Counted from the first letter of the stretch, positions 11,950 through 26,567 are shown. The stretch is DNA of 43,292 nt from Jimgerdemannia flammicorona (GCA_003990765.1 RBNJ01000078.1:1-43292); one strand, 5' to 3'. Notes: generated by a model from the letters alone, not told the origin. Numbers and translations are program-made.

Positions 11950-14900
11950 CCCCTTACATATGGGGCATCCTGCATGAAGAGAAATGCTCTGTGATCGCTG
12001 GAAGTAGATTCATCTATTTTGGAGACAGACAAGAGTTAAACAATTGAGCAAGGTGATTGAAGAGATGACAATATGGTATAAATATTATCTTTTCTACATA
12101 GTCCTCTTTTTCTACTTCCCAGTCTTCACAGTAGTATTTGTAGCCTTGGTTGCTCATAAGGTCTTGTTCAATACATACAATGAGCTTCTAGCACCAGCAA
12201 GAGTCTTCTCCATCTTTATAACTTCAAGTCATTTCATTGATATCTCCTGCCTTATACTTTTTAGATGTTGATAGAGATCAGATCCTGAGTCCCACGGCAA
12301 ATTCCTTATACATTGACCAATATCTATTTGTTGCAATTCCATGTGCGAGAGTTCCTTTTTTGTTTAACGGACTCGGTGCGAGAGTTCCTTACGTAGAGGC
12401 CTGGGAATGTTGGTCAATTCTTTGATCTGTGATGCATGGGTTTCAGCAAGTACTTCCATGTTTGAACAATCTGAAGCCAGTATCTCTATAGTCCACATGA
12501 ACTTGTTGATATTAGCCTTGCCTTTTTTTCTTAATTCATAATTTGATTTGATAAAGGTTTTGCTGGGTTTTGTCTTTCCAAGTAAACATACAGTCTATTT
12601 GTTGATATAGATTAGCCTTCATACAAACTGGAGTCCATAAGAGTCCACAAGTAATTGTATTTGATTTATATCAAAAAATACTTTGAAGGTGGTAGTTTTA
12701 TTCTTCTCTGCTTGATATGAGTTAGTGATCCAATTTGTATTATCAACTAATATATCATACTATTCATGAAATGTATTGTAAACTCCAGCAGCCATGAGAT
12801 ACAGTATAAAAACATTCTCTCATGATGCAATTGATAACTTACAGACAAGAGAGGGAAAACCAGTAATAGTGGTAATGGTGTTGGCTAGTGCCACTAATAG
12901 TGTATGCATCAGAATATGTGGTACCAGAAGTTCATTATCATCTGTATGTTGTTGAATAAATAGCTGAAGAAAATTGATAATTTTTACTGATACAGTCTTT
13001 TCTTTATTAGTGAAAGTTGTTCCTCTAAAAGCTGCCTTTTGAATATCATCTAATATGATAATATATTGAATTTTTACTAATTTCATAAATATCCTTACAA
13101 TGACCAGAAGAGTTTAGATGGTTTTTGCAAATGATTTCTAATCTTATGCTTTCTCTTTCTCTTCTTTCTCCTCTTTCTCCTCTATATCTTCAATATCTAA
13201 AGATACTATATTAGCAGCCATGTCTTGCTCATTCTGCTCATCCTCATGCCATATACCTCTGGCAGACAGTTGAAATAATTATTACAGCTTTTCTCCAATC
13301 TTTTATACTACAGATGCAGGTCACTCATTGATAATAGCCATCTCAAGTTTATCTATAAGATGCAATATCTGATATTTTGAATTTCTGAACTATTAGTCTA
13401 GATCCTACTGCTCCTCTTCTATCTGCTTTTTCTTGACTTTCTGCTATTGAGTGTTTTGATACTGTACTATCCTAGCAGAAGTGAGGTGAATCTGAAGAAG
13501 AATTTAGATAATATTGTGCAAAATCTAGTTGTAAATATCTTCATTTTATAGATTTGTTGCTGATGTATAGGTCTCCTTAAGAGATACTTACCAGATTATA
13601 TAATAGCTCATTATATCAGCAATCATCAAAGGCTCTGCTTTTTTCAAATTAATCTTCTTTCTGATTTATACAAAAAGCATGAGAAAATAAAAATAAGATT
13701 AATACTACAAATCTATAACAATCATAGGTCTACATATTACAAAATATAGAATAAATTTACATAATAATTCTCTACTTATTTCTTTTTATATCATATTTTC
13801 AATATAACTATAGAATAGGTTTTCAATGTAAGCAAAAGAAAAGAATCTAGCCTCAATAAAACCAATATGTTCTCTGGAATTGAGGTTAAGTTGACTAAAG
13901 ATTTGTATTCTCTGAAATCATAGTTTTAAGAAAAAATCTTTGCCAGATCAAGACATTTAGCATTTGGATTACCTATGAGGGAAAATACTTTTTCTGAAAT
14001 AACCTAATATTTGATAAAGTTAGTATAATAATAAAACACTATAATATTCTAAAGTAATATTATTCTTACCATATCTGTGATCTCTTAAATAACATTACAG
14101 AAAGCTTCAAATACTTGATAGTTGTCCTTTTGTTTAGAAATTAATTACTGTTCTATATCAGCTAAGTTATGCTTACCTTGAACAATCTACTGTAGACTAG
14201 TTGTAATAATATAATAGTCTTTGTCTATCTCTCCTTCATTATCTTATTTGATTGAGACTATTCTAGAATCAGAATTCTGTAAAGAAGTAGTAGCTGAAGT
14301 ATCAATATCAGAAATAGTGATTAGATTCATTGAAATGGTCATTATATATTCTTCTACAGTCTCTTTCTATATTTGTATTATACTGAAGTCTTTAATTCTC
14401 CTAAGATGGCTGGACAAACTAAGTGCATTCATGCTGCTTATATTTATTGTTTTGCTGAGTCTCTCAAGTATACTTTTGATATAGCCTTAAGATGGTAAAG
14501 CTTAATTAATATTTTTTTTTCTAGAAATTATCTAGTTTCTATAGTGTATAATTCCTTCTCACTTTCTTCTCATAGTTATTTCAGAGGTGCTCTTTTCTGC
14601 AAAGTGAAAAAAAAGTAAGTAAACTATCTGAAAATTAAAATAAATAATAATAATTTTATACTTATATTATTAATCATAGTAAATCTCTTAGTATGTTATC
14701 ACTAATTGATATGTAATTTGCAGGTACCTTTTACTTAAGAGCTACTCTTTGAGGTCTTTGGACTATAGCTAGAGAGATCATTGGTAGAGTAAAGATTATA
14801 TATAGTGTAGCTATTTGCTTAATTCAATTTTTTACTAGTTCAAGTAGGTACCATTCCCCTATTGATAATATTAAGTCTTGATGACTCAGAAGTATAACTG

Positions 14901-15650
14901 TGTGGTACTCTCTGCCTATATTTGGAGAGATTTTAACTGTTTTTCTATATGTGGAGAAAATTATAATCCTGACTACATAAAGATGAGTGATGATGAGTAG
15001 AAGTACCTCCTTTAGGATGATAGTATTTCTGTTGGACATGTAGAGATGAAATCCATAAAGAACTTTATTTCTGAGATATTATACAATTTGCTATATCAAA
15101 GTAGACTCACTTTCTACAATAAGTTTAGATATGACCAGATCTCAGAAATATAGCCATCTTATCTCATCAAAGGTTTTCTTTAGCAAAAGATTTGCTGAAG
15201 GCCAAATTGAATGCTTTATTCACCCTTACTATGAATTTATTATTAGAAGCTTGTAAAAAGATAAGGCTTGGGTCACTCTCTTTACAAAAATCTAAGACTC
15301 CCTATGTTAGGACCAATGGAGTTTAGTTAAGTGTTGGCAAGTTTGATACATCTTCAGGATAGAGTCTTTTTAGATATTTTGTATACTATTAAAGATATGG
15401 AGTAAGAGTTAATTACTTGACAATATGATAAAAACTTATATTTAAGATCATTAGCATATTAATATACCTATATAGCTATAGATAGAAGCTCCTCACTATT
15501 TGATACTCTCTTTTATTCTTTCTTACTCAGTACAACAATAGACTGAGCTGAGACTGAAAGAGCTCTGATTATAGTAATAGAGGTAGTTGACTGTTGCTGA
15601 GATTCCATAGAAGATGATCTATATTTTAAAAGACCAATTTTGAAATGCCA
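11950..15650 (-). other. AT-rich, CpG-depleted decayed repeat or gene relic, family not identified
   Basis: Long stop-riddled minus-strand frames with protein-like composition and possible intron remnants. No recognisable domain. Confidence 0.3.
12343..12390 (-). mobile_element. 18-bp 5'-truncated retroposon insertion with perfect 15-bp TSD
   Basis: GTGCGAGAGTTCCTT (12343-12357 and 12376-12390) flanks TTTTGTTTAACGGACTCG. Its reverse complement CGAGTCCGTTAAACAAAA matches the 3' end of the 1048-2216 element (AGAGTTCATTAAACAAAA). Confidence 0.75.
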
Positions 15651-16503
15651 ATAGAGCACATATTAGTAAAGTAAGATAGGTATATAGAACTCTATTACTG
15701 TGAGTTGTGATTTATAGATCACTGGTAACTATCTTCAGATAGTGTAAAAATTGTGAGGGCTATTTACTAAAGAGTCTAAGAGAGGGAAAAAAAGAGAAGA
15801 GATAAATGAAAATTCCTAAACCATATACAGTATACATAATAAAAAGAATTTTCAAAGACTCTATTATTATCTGAATGTATTATAGAATTTCTGAAGTTTG
15901 GAATTATATCTCTCTGATTGAATATAAGACTATCTCTATATAAAATATCAATATAAAACTAATTTATATTAAGTCTATTATAGAATCAAAAAACTATAAT
16001 ATTATTAAAAGTATTTTGAAATAAGAGCAGAGTAAAAAGATAGTACTATATATTTTCAAAGTATTCAATACCAAAGCTATTCAAGAATATTTAAATAAAG
16101 AGAGAATAACTTATAAAATTTACTAATAATTATATATCAATTCTAATAATTCTAATAAATATATAAATATCACTCATCAAGAAAATATTTCTGGATGAAG
16201 TTAGGAATTAAATCTTAAGAAGTGAGAATTACCAGAAACTCTGAAGAACTAAGGAAAAAAATGAAAATATTAAGAGTAAAAGTATATAGAGATAGTTCTA
16301 TATATTCTTTAATATACTATATAGAAGAAATTTAACAAAATCAGACAAACTGTATATAAAATAATATATAGTAAATGATATAATTACAAATAAATATGAT
16401 AAAGCTCTCTACTTTTTAGAACTTAACTGTAGTTGCAGTTACTCTACCAAAATACCTCAAAAAGAATTTACCAAACTATACAAAGCTTTTTAAGCTCTTT
16501 CTA

Positions 16504-16534
<31 letters not shown>

Positions 16535-16840
16535 GACTCAATGTCCTGCAGATTTTTTATTGAAAGGGAACCTAGACTATGTTGGGTTCTTGGGTGTACT
16601 CTTTCGGTCATTAATATATAGCTGGGTTTTTCCTAATGGTAGAGAGAGTATGATATACAAAATGAGGTACAGGCTACTTTGCTCTGCTGCACCTGGCATG
16701 GTCAAGCTGCTGGACAATAACTAGCCTAGGTTAATGGGGGGACAGTGCTTGATGGGTAGTGGGAGAGAGTTTTGGCATATAGTCTAGGTTCTCTTCCAAT
16801 AAAAATCTGTAGAACATAAAGTCCATTAAATAAAAAAAAA
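16504..16840. mobile_element. Head-to-head pair of retroposon 3' ends
   Basis: 16581-16840 aligns to ~1960-2216 and ends in poly(A). 16504-16580 is poly(T) plus an inverted copy of the last ~50 bp of the same element. Confidence 0.75.
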
Positions 16841-17267
16841 GAAAAAGAAGAGACTCCATCAAGTAAAGAACTTTACTTTCTTTCCCAATACAAAATGGAA
16901 AGGTGATGGCTTCCAGATGAAGGTAGGCCTGTTCAAAACAACCAGCTAGTTGGCACTATGGAAAACAAACAAATAGCCAAAAAACTAAATGATCCGGAAG
17001 GCTACGCCAAAATCTGAGGCAAGAATAGAATTGAAGAAAAAAGTAATTCAAATCAAATATCTCCTTTATGACTAATTCCCGCCATCTTGGCTACGGCCGG
17101 GATAACAGCAATGGTATGCTGGATGCTAATGAGGAGGCCTGCCAAGAGGCAAGGAAATAACGTCTTTTCAACCACCAAGCCACAATTGCTAGGAATCCGT
17201 GACGTCATTCTTTTCGCCACAAAACTTCGTCGCAGCACATCTACACAATAAACACCTTCATTCGAAT

Positions 17268-19568
17268 ATGTCTTTGGCCGACGAACTGCAAGCTGACCTC
17301 GACCTTCTGGAGGGGGGGGAGGAAGACCAGGAAGAAGACCAGCAGCAAGAAAATGCCGACGACAGTCTCATGGACGAAGACGGGCAGCCTGCCGAGGGCG
17401 ACGGCATGCAGGGGATCGAAGAAGAGGAAGAGCCCGAGAAGGACAGGATCGAAAAGATTGAAATGGGGGGTTTGGATGATGTGAAGAAGGTCTCCAAACT
17501 CATGCAGGGGAGGCCTATGCAAGAGGTTTTGAAGGTGAGCTACCTTGGCACAGAATCGGGCTTGGGTTTTGCCTTTGCGGTGGGTGGGTTTTCTGCGCCT
17601 CTGAATGTTCAATGTTGACTTTATTCATAGAACATCGACCTCTTCACATCAGAAAATCGCCTTCTACAAGTCATCTCCGCGCGACTCAACGCAGGCGGTA
17701 GGAGGGCCTGTGGAGGAAGATCCCGAGTACAAGCTGATCGTGCAAGCGAACAGCTTGACCGTCGACATTGACACTGAAATCCTTGCTGTGCATAAGGTCA
17801 GCTCTTTTTATAACTTCAATCCTTCTTTCGAAAGGATATCGCAAAATTTTATAACCCTATTGTTCACTTCCTTTACGCAATTCGCAGTTCATCCGCGACC
17901 ACTACAACCAAAAATTCCCCGAACTCGAATCACTCGTGCTGAATCCGCTGGATTACGCACGGGCTGTCAAGGCCATCGGCGAGGAAATGGACATTACGCG
18001 TGTTGACCTGCGTCCGATCCTTCCGTCAGCTACAATCATGGTAGTTACCGTCACAGGATCCACCACAAATGGCCGCGTTCTGACAAATCGGGAATGGCAG
18101 ATCACAGAGGAGGCATGCGACCTGGCGTTGGAGTTGGATGGGGCGAGAAGGACGGTAATTGTGCATTTGACGAAAAATTTGGGGAGGTGTATCGCATTTA
18201 TCCCTGGAAATAAGCTGTGCTCATACCATACTTACTCACTAGATCATAGATTACGTGGAATCACGCATGTCCTTTATCGCGCCAAACCTATCCCAAATCG
18301 TTGGCAGTGCAACGGCGGCCAAAATGCTCGGTGCCGCCGGCGGACTGACGGCTCTAAGCAAAATGCCCGCTTGTAATGTTCAGGCACGTTTCTAGCTTTC
18401 GTAATGTTCAGACAATTTCCATTCACTTATCATGTGACCGGTCACTCAGAAAGGCCTAATGTAATCTTTGAACATCCATTACGTTTCTACCGTTCTTCGA
18501 ACCAACACCTCACTTAGGTCCTCGGCGCCAGCAAGCGAGCTGCCACAGGCTTCTCAAATGCTACAGCGAAGCGACACACGGGATATATATATCATTCCGA
18601 AGTCTGCACACGCGCTCCCGTCGACCTGCGGATGAAAATCCAGCGGATGGCCGCGGCGAAATGTGTGTTGGCAGCGCGAATCGATAGGGCGCATGAGGCG
18701 ATGGATGGTATATTGTTGTTTTTCAAGTATGTTTGTGTTCTCGCTCGACAAATCGCCGTTTGTGAGCTGCAATCTCATACGAGCAACTTCGCATCGCTGT
18801 GTAAACTAGGCTCGATGGGCCATAAGATGCGGGAGGAAATCGACCACAAGATCGAGAAGTTACAGGAGGCTCCGCCTAGCAAGACGGTTAAGGCGTTACC
18901 CGCGCCCGATGATGCGCCCAAAAAGCGGAGAGGAGGCAGAAGGTGTGTTGGTTGGCTTGAGATTTTCCCTCTGATATATTTTTCCGCTCCCCTGTGCGTG
19001 TGCGTTGTGACATTGCCGATAAAAGGTTTTTATGCCAAGATATTTGCGTTTACTTTTACCTCTTGAATTTATTTATGGCACGCAGAGCCCGCCAGCAGAA
19101 AGAGGCCTACGCTGTCACGGAGCTACGGCAGGCCCAAAACCGTATGTCCTTTGGCGTTGCCGAGGATGAGACATTTGGTAGTTTCGGATTAACGAAAGGA
19201 CTTGGTCTGATTGGACAGCAAACAGGCAAGATAAGAGCGTCGGTGGCGGATCCAAAGAATAAAGGTGGGCCTTGCGTTGTTTGTTTCGTTTGCTTATGTA
19301 TACATAGGTGGCGTGTCTCCGTAACTTGGATTGAGACCCTTCAACTCCTCTTCTCCCAGTCAAAGCACCCAAATCAAAATCCTATGGCTCGTCGGGTACA
19401 ACGTCGGGACTTTCGTCGTCACTTGCCTTCACCCCCGTACAAGGTATCGAGCTTATTGATCCAACAGCGGCAGCTGAGCGTGTGAAGAAGGCAAACGATC
19501 GGTATTTTGGAGGTGGCGGGTTTATGAAGGTCGGAAAAAAGAAGGAGGGAGGGGGGGAGAAGGAGTGA
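17268..19568 (+). CDS. PRP31: U4/U6 snRNP protein Prp31 (multi-exon)
   Basis: [85 protein letters not shown] and [13 protein letters not shown]. Confidence 0.95.
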
Positions 19569-19871
19569 GATGAGGCAATGTGATGTAATTTGAATATACA
19601 TACACGATATTGAGCGGAGGTGGGTACAATAGGGGCCCCCCTTCGTGTCCCGTCGGTAGGCGACAATCATAGATGAAATTGACTCTCGTTCGGCAAAGCA
19701 TGAAACAAAAAATAAACAAAGCCGGGAAGTGTTATTGGTTATGAACAATACTATATACAGGACTAGGATGGGTTCAATTATCTACAGATATCTCTACAAA
19801 AATTGCATTGAATTTGTGTGTATGAATTAACTGATCCCAACTAAGCTAGACAGCAGTATTTTTATGTGGAT

Positions 19872-22800
19872 TTACGCGCCAAGCCCAGCCCGCCCCTTCC
19901 GCATAATGGCTTCGATGGGGATTGTGATGCCCGTGTTATCAGTACCCAGACTTTCTCCCTTCCTCCATCTAAATAACGAATGGGCAGAATAGAATAGAAT
20001 GAGTCAAAGGCACGTCCATTCCTTAATAAACAGTGCACACTCGCCAAACAAAGAAAAAGAAAGCATCGGCCAAACAGAAACTCACCCCATCGCGGCAAGC
20101 ATGCGGTGTCCCATGTTGTCTTCGCCCAATGGGCTGACATGTCCACCCACAACAGTCCTTTGGATCGTAGCGGCCTCGCCCTTGGCTTTACCGGTAATGA
20201 GGTCATCCTTGGGAATGCGATGACGTCGTAAAATGCTCGATTTAGCCGAGATGTCCGTCTGTGCGTCTCTAATGAAACGGTTAATGTAACGACGGTCCGT
20301 AGGCAGGAAGGTTCGCGATGTTTTGGTAAAGACGGTAAACCTGGTAGTCGAACATAGAATGAGATAAATTGTGAGCACAAGTCAGGAGAAAACAACCAAC
20401 AATATATGTCCCAGTTAAATTTACTCGCAAAAGCAGACCTCTCGTATTTGGTGATGTGCAAATTGTAAGCGGTCGCCAGCAAATCAACTTGCTGTAGAAC
20501 GATGCGCGGCATTGGAGCCAGTTGTAAGCTAATTGTTGCGTGAATGCAACAAAAAATAAAATCAGATAGGCGTGAGATAATGGGCTGAAAACCTGGCTAT
20601 CCGTTACGATATTGACGCGACTCGGGAGATCCATAATCATGCGTACCTTGAAATCGAGTTATCCTTAATGAATGTTTGAATTGTTCTGGATAGAAACGCA
20701 AGTGGTTAAGCACGTCGCCGATCGATAAAGAAATAGCAAATGCAACATATAAAGTGCCATTTACCGATCAACTTCCATCAGATCGATCAATTTATCGCCC
20801 TTTCCTTTCTTGTCCTTCCTTTCAACCGCGTACTTTGCACGCCGAGCAGCCTTTTTCTCGGCTTTTTTGCGTTTCTTTTCCAATTTGGACGAGAGTGCGA
20901 CTCGATCAACCTTGCGGCTGTGGCCGCTATTTGCTGCTTTCTGTTGTGCACGCTGGAGGCGTGCTTTGAGGCCTGAAAAAGACAATAGGGCAATTAAGGT
21001 GCTGGTAAAAAACAATGATTCCCATGTCTGCTACAGGTTATTATTCTATTTCGAAGAATCATAATTAATGAATACTTGCCTCCGTGTAGCGATGGCGGCA
21101 CCTGATCAAACGCGCCTTTCAATCTCTGTTGAAACTTTTCATTCATCTCCTTTCGTGTCCTGGCGTTCGCAGCCTTCCCCGCCTGCTCAATTATCCACTT
21201 CTCGTCCATGACCTCATCTACCTCGTCGTCCCATCCAAAGCGACCAGCGAAATATGCCAAATCGTAAACCCCGTCGTCATCGTCATTGTCATCGTCATCC
21301 ACCTCGTAGTCATCCACCTCGTCGTCATCGTCATCGTCATCGTCATCCACCTCGTAGTTATCCACCTCGTAGTTATCCACCTCGTCATCGTCATCGTCAT
21401 CTACCTCGTAGTTATCCACCTCGTCGTCATCGTCATCGTCATCCACCTCGTCATCGTCATTGTTATCCACCTCGTCTTCTTCGCTTTCCCCAACGCGATC
21501 CCCGCTATCGGAGCTTAGCAAGCTCTCTTCATTAATAGGCAAATCATGCCGCAGATTCAAAGCGGTCAACGCTCCTAACAATTGCTTGTTCGCGGGCAAG
21601 TCATAATCATCCGCATCATTCATAGTCGTGGTATTTTGTATGTAATCGATAAACGCTTCCGAATCCTCATCGTCCCCACTGTCGCCAAGGTTGATATCAT
21701 CTCTCCGGATGATGGCCTCCTTCCCCTTTCGTTTGGAGACATTTTCGTCCGGCCCCAGACGACTGCGCCTACGCTCGCGTTTACGCTTTTTCTGCTCTCG
21801 TCGTCGTGCCTTCCTTTCAACCCTCTTCTGCCTCATGTCCTCCTTTCTACTGTTGTTCGAGAAACCATCATCACGCTGTTTATGGTTTAGGAAGAGGGCG
21901 GAATTTCCGCTCAACAGCATATTCGCATCCACGTCATCGCATGATGTCTGAGAAGGAGCGAAACTTCTGAAGGCATCGGGGTCGCCATGGGGATCAAGAA
22001 CCCAGCTTACGGGTGCAACTTCTAAATTTTTGGCAATATCTATCGCCCACCCGGCGTTTTCCTTCGTTGAAGCTTCATCTGACATGCTTTGCTGCCCTTG
22101 CAATTGGACATTATCTATCTGATCGGAGCCTTCATCGTCATCATCTTTCGCCAGGTCAAATCCCCCATATGAATTCATAACATATACGGTCTCCTCGGCA
22201 TCTGACTCAACAATAATCTGGCGCCTCTTAGAACAGAAAAGATTCGGATCGCTACTCTTCGGATTGGTATCAATATTCTCGATTTGATTCTCCAGAGCTG
22301 AAGAGACGGGTTCTTCATCCGCCGTCATTGTGGATGGATTCCGTCGATTCGCGGTAATCATATTAACGCTACCGTACTCCAAGGTACCTCCCCAGTCGAG
22401 GTCGACATTTGACGGGACAAACTCAAGAGCCATAGTCCGCGATGGCTTGTCATTGTCCTCGTCGTCGTCATCCTCTTCTTCGTCCGATTCCAAATTTGCA
22501 TCTCGCAGTCGGATCGCACGTTGGGGCGACAGCGGCTTTGCGTCTTCCTCGGCCCATTCAAACGCCTGCATCAGAATCTCCTCCTCAGATTCTATAAATA
22601 CCAATGCGATAGAATTTCAGGTAGGCATGAATGTGAAACAAAGTTGGATGTGATGGCAGACATTGAAGGGCAAAATGAAAAGAGACCTTGTTCCTCTAGA
22701 AATTCCTCCTCGCTCTCCAAATTTTCGGAATTGAGCCCGACTGCAGCGCCGACATCAGGCTGACCGCTTTGCTTTTTTTTGTCATTGTTTGGTGTCTCAA

Positions 22801-23347
22801 CCCCGAGAACGCGAGCTGCGGAGGCCATTTCGCCGTCAATGTTAACTTCTCTGTTCTCAGCACGGCTTTGTTTCTTCTTTTTGGTAGCGGCACGTAGTAC
22901 GGTGATCTGTTCCGGTTCAGCTGTGGACGGATTGTAGCCCAGTCGAGCTACGGGAACCTGTTGTGGTTTTCTTTTGTTCGGGCCGGCGACTGCATTGGCA
23001 TTTTTGACTGAAAATGGCATCTCTATGGTATCGTTCCAGTGACGTCGCTTGTTTTTTAAAGGTTCTAAGGTACAGGAGATTTTGTCCAGAAAAAAAAAAA
23101 GGGAACATATAAATAGTGGATGCGCAAAAGTATAAAGAAAAGAGAGAAAGAGACCCGTTGGATTTCGCCTCAACACAATTTAATGTTTTTGGCTCTACAT
23201 ACTTGAGCTAATCCCTTGAGCTTCATCTTGATTGCCATACTCAAAGCTGTACTCCTCCGCATAATCGCGGCCACGGCCTCGGCCACGTCCTCGGCCACGT
23301 CCTCGGCCACGCCCTCGGCCCCTGTTCTGGAAGGTCTGGTTGGGCAT
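19872..23347 (-). CDS. R3H and G-patch domain RNA-processing protein (Sqs1-like), multi-exon
   Basis: N-terminal (RG)n tract, long acidic region, R3H-like region, and C-terminal G-patch NMGHRMLAAMG|WKEGESLG...GITIPIEAIMRKGRAGLGA*. Confidence 0.8.
21270..21475 (-). repeat. Coding tandem repeat (EVDNY / EVDDDDDD units)
   Basis: Repeated TCCACCTCGTAGTTA and TCGTCA units on the + strand, in frame within the G-patch gene. Confidence 0.85.
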
Positions 23348-24690
<1,343 letters not shown>

Positions 24691-25348
24691 TATGTTTCGA
24701 GGGGAGGGTTATCCAGATCTGGAAGTGTGTATGTAGAGTAGCGATGTCAGAAGACGGGATCGAAATCTGGGGAGTTTGGGCAGACTATCTATGTGGACTT
24801 CTTGCGTGTTAGTCTACTTTTACCTCTTTTTTTTTTTTTTTTTTTTGTTTGTTTTTTTGTGTCGATTTCGTGTGCAATAAAATGATCATAAATTGCGCGG
24901 TATTGCCTGTGTAGCACGTTCCGTCTTTGACCATCCGATCCTACTTTATATTTGCCAGGTATCACCATATGAATCAGTCTCGCATGAACCTCTTTTCTGG
25001 CGAATATGTGCACACGAAGCCTACACCTATAGCTTTGAAGTATTTTGATGTAGTTAAGGTGACTCTGTATTGAAATATAAAAAAAAAGGGGGGGGGGGGG
25101 GGGCAGATCACTTGCCAATGTTTATAAAGGAAAAGAGTGAAGTATACTTTCGTTATAAGCACGTATCGACTTCATTAGCAAACAGTGTTTATAAAGATGT
25201 GAAAATATCTTCGGCACTCGCAAGACAAGTCTTCTATACATCGCTACGTTATAGGAACAGTAATGATCGTAGCAACAGGGATAAAAAAGACAACCCGATG
25301 TATACCCAACCACTTCCACTATAGTCTTTGAGACGCTCAGCACAACAA

Positions 25349-25780
25349 TCACGGTGATGCGTCGGACGTTCGTTCCTTTGGAGCATTTTCATCACGAGAA
25401 GCCATTTGTATCGTTTGCCATATAATGAACATTGTCCAGAGGGAAATGATTGTAAATATCACAACCTGCAGAAATGGACAAGAAGAGGTCGAATATTCAG
25501 CTTCATTACACAATATTCGCTGCGGGAACGTTATATCATGATGCTCAAGATTCGAAGGACCATCCCCCTCCCCAACGATTCGCACGTCATCTTCGATTGT
25601 CATGATAGACCTCACCTTGGACACTAAGCAGCCATTTATGCGCATATACCATGGTTTGGCGAACGTGGAATCGTAACTAAAAGGACGGCCGGGGGAGATA
25701 AAAATGGAGACCTCCGCCGAACCGTTGTCTGGGTCGTTAACTAGCGGCCTGTACTGCGACTTGGGGTGTATGGTGGCCAT
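25349..25780 (-). CDS. Small hypothetical single-pass membrane protein (two exons)
   Basis: MATIHPKSQYRPLVNDPD...CLVSK|VVIFTIISLWTMFIIWQTI. GTGAG...TGCAG intron at 25615-25466. Divergent from the mS34 gene. Confidence 0.5.
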   Translation of the reverse strand: MATIHPKSQYRPLVNDPDNGSAEVSIFISPGRPFSYDSTFAKPWYMRINGCLVSKVRSIMTIEDDVRIVGEGDGPSNLEHHDITFPQRILCNEAEYSTSSCPFLQVVIFTIISLWTMFIIWQTIQMASRDENAPKERTSDASP

Positions 25781-25881
25781 TGTGTGGGGGTAAGTATGTG
25801 ACTGCATGATCGATAGCGATGACGTATCTTTGTTTATCTTTCAGTGACAACAACTTCAGAACTGAACTGAACTTCGTCTGC

Positions 25882-26440
25882 ATGTCTTTGTTTGCCAAAG
25901 AAATCCTTTCAAAATCGAACTTGCCCATCGTGAGGGCGGCAAAAAGATCGCAGAATCTTTTTGAAAGATTAAATGTCCTACATAAATATGGTGTCGGCGA
26001 GAAAGTGGTACGTATGTTGATATTATCTCTCTCGGTTTCCGTATATATATAATATATACAAATGAAATTTAGGGTTTACATTGTTATCCGAAGGTGCCCC
26101 ATAAGTGGGTAAAGAAAGGACTACAAGATTGCTACTACGAGGTCACGAAGGTGAAGTTGAAGGCCGTAGGTGTTACGATTTCTCCAAGTCTAGGACTCCC
26201 GTTTGTTCAAGCGTTTCATACTTCTGTCGATTATTATCTGTTTGAATAGGATATATCTCACGGCAAAGCATGGGGAGTTCAGGTGTGGAAAGGTACGTCC
26301 ATCAGATTTCATAATGCAGTCAGCCATCAATAAATATTCAACTGATCTGGGCTTCGTTTGGTTGCATTACAGGTCGCAGGATGAGGGATGGCCAACCCAC
26401 GAAGATAAAGCACCCCCTCGAGGATTGGTTAATTCTCTGA
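25882..26440 (+). CDS. MRPS34: Mitochondrial ribosomal protein mS34-like (four exons)
   Basis: Spliced product MSLFAKE...QNLFERLNVLHKYGVGEKV|VPHKW...DCYYEVTKVKLKA|DISHGKAWGVQVWKG|R...; NLF..L...GVG, Y.VTKV and HGKAWG...WKG are mS34 motifs. Confidence 0.7.
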
Positions 26441-26567
26441 AATAGTCACGGTAGTGAGCTGATTTCCCAATAAATTGCCACGCGATATCGAAATCACGTG
26501 TTAGGACCGAATAAGATTTGTCCTGATTGCCCCAACGGTTGTCTGCTCGCCCTGCAGAACCTTCGAC

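Noticed and set aside
15800-16480. Possible LINE or RNase H relic on the + strand
   Set aside because: Too eroded; only one weak motif-like word was seen.
21129-21535. Repetitive ORFs (IVIVIHLVV, RHRHRHPPR, MTMTMTTRW)
   Set aside because: They are shadow frames of the acidic coding repeat.
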